Of a DNA stretch of 32,000 bases, positions 31,297 through 32,000 are shown piece after piece. Within the stretch, counting starts at the first letter, position 1. Every line of letters starts with the position of its first letter. The notes under the pieces were generated by a model. It was not told the origin of the DNA. It made no database searches and saw only the letters and a program-made list of their open reading frames with translations. This stretch comes from [Mycobacterium] zoologicum (GTDB taxonomy: Bacteria; Actinomycetota; Actinomycetes; Mycobacteriales; Mycobacteriaceae): NCBI RefSeq assembly GCF_020181635.2, contig NZ_JAYJJS010000018.1, forward strand, positions 74,061 through 106,060. The letters are read 5' to 3'. The translations under genes were made by a program, and so were the position numbers.

Positions 31297-32000
31297 GGCT
31301 TCAAACCTCCGTACCGCACCGTCACGGCCTGGTGCCAGGCCAGGTGGTAGCGGGCGAGTTCTTCACTTCCGTCGATCAGGGCGTCGACGGCCGCCAGCAG
31401 CATCCAGTCCGCGACGTCTTTGGGGGCGTGCGCCGGATATGCCGAGAGTACTCGTGTCCGCGTCGCATCGACCACCTGCTGGAACAGTTCGATTTCATTG
31501 TCGGCGGCACCGTATCGGCGGGACACGGCCTGCGCGACGGTCTGCACGATGCGCGGCAGACGCGAATTGGCTCCGACGGTGTCGATCAGCGTGGGGCCCA
31601 ATTCGTCGACGCGCTGGCCGTGGCGGGCGCGTTCCCCGGTACCGGGAATCGGGTCCTGCGGATCGGCGCCAGCGATGTAGGTGTTCGGCTGGTGGGAGGC
31701 CACGGCCACCACCGCACCCAGAAGGTCGACCGCGCTGGTGTCCCGGCGGCGCTGCGCGGGGCTGAGAAGGGTCACACCTGGTGGGAGTTTGACGGTGGGG
31801 GGAATCCAGCCGCCGGCCAGATCGGTGACCAACACGGTGGTGGACTCGTCGTCGCGCAATCCGGCGGCCCATGCCAGTCCCGGTTCCTGACGGGCGACGG
31901 CGTCAACTTTGCGCTGCAGATCCTGTTGCTCGGCAAGACGTTTGCCGGCAGTACCAGCGCCGGCCCCAGCCGTTCCGCCGGCCGCCGCGCTGCCGGCCAT
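31293..32000 (-). CDS. Rv0029-like C-terminal domain protein (paralog of 21286..22887); 5' end probably beyond the window
   Basis: VARQEPGLAWAAGLRDDESTTVLVTDLAGGWIPPTVKLPPGVTLLSPAQR aligns with the C-domain of the 21286 gene. The frame stays open to the window edge, so the apparent ATG at 32000 may be internal. Confidence 0.7.
   Translation of the reverse strand: MAGSAAAGGTAGAGAGTAGKRLAEQQDLQRKVDAVARQEPGLAWAAGLRDDESTTVLVTDLAGGWIPPTVKLPPGVTLLSPAQRRRDTSAVDLLGAVVAVASHQPNTYIAGADPQDPIPGTGERARHGQRVDELGPTLIDTVGANSRLPRIVQTVAQAVSRRYGAADNEIELFQQVVDATRTRVLSAYPAHAPKDVADWMLLAAVDALIDGSEELARYHLAWHQAVTVRYGGLKP

Noticed and set aside
1-32000. Search for CRISPR arrays, rRNA, IS elements, transposases or integrases
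   Set aside because: I saw no regularly spaced short repeats, no rRNA-like sequence, and no DDE, tyrosine or serine recombinase-like ORFs in any frame of the track. The only RNA gene I could support is tRNA-Leu.

Overview
High-GC actinobacterial chromosome with clear Mycobacterium-type gene order. The left 6.6 kb is the conserved cell-division and Ser/Thr-signalling operon on the minus strand: pbpA (cut by the window edge), rodA, pstP, fhaB and fhaA. It is followed by tRNA-Leu(CAG). In M. tuberculosis only one gene (Rv0021c) lies between leuT and whiB5. Here that interval holds about 10 kb of accessory-looking genes: a DUF1778/GNAT (TacAT-like) toxin-antitoxin pair with a third small ORF, a TetR-controlled FMO-esterase-acyl-CoA ligase-SDR-ADH-oxidoreductase operon, and a pirin. 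From 16.8 kb the window resembles the Rv0022c-Rv0030 neighbourhood: whiB5-like, XRE regulator, NlpC/P60 hydrolase, a large acidic/Pro-rich protein, an EspC-like small helical protein, two YbaB/EspL-like proteins and a large Pro-rich protein. Next come a VapBC pair, a COG0523 metallochaperone GTPase, two divergently oriented near-duplicate stand-alone PE-PPE-domain serine hydrolases, and a second VapBC pair. The right end (27.9-32 kb) is a second, partly paralogous ESX-associated-looking module. Its most interesting part is a small EspC-like helical protein, then a 498-aa protein whose C-terminus is a pair of glycine-zipper hydrophobic helices, then a 6-TM protein. The last two sit in a patch with atypical low-GC codon usage. 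I read this as a candidate type VII-style membrane-targeting polymorphic toxin with its immunity gene. No rRNA, CRISPR array, transposase or integrase was seen. All family calls come from reading motifs by eye and from remembered M. tuberculosis synteny. No database search was run.
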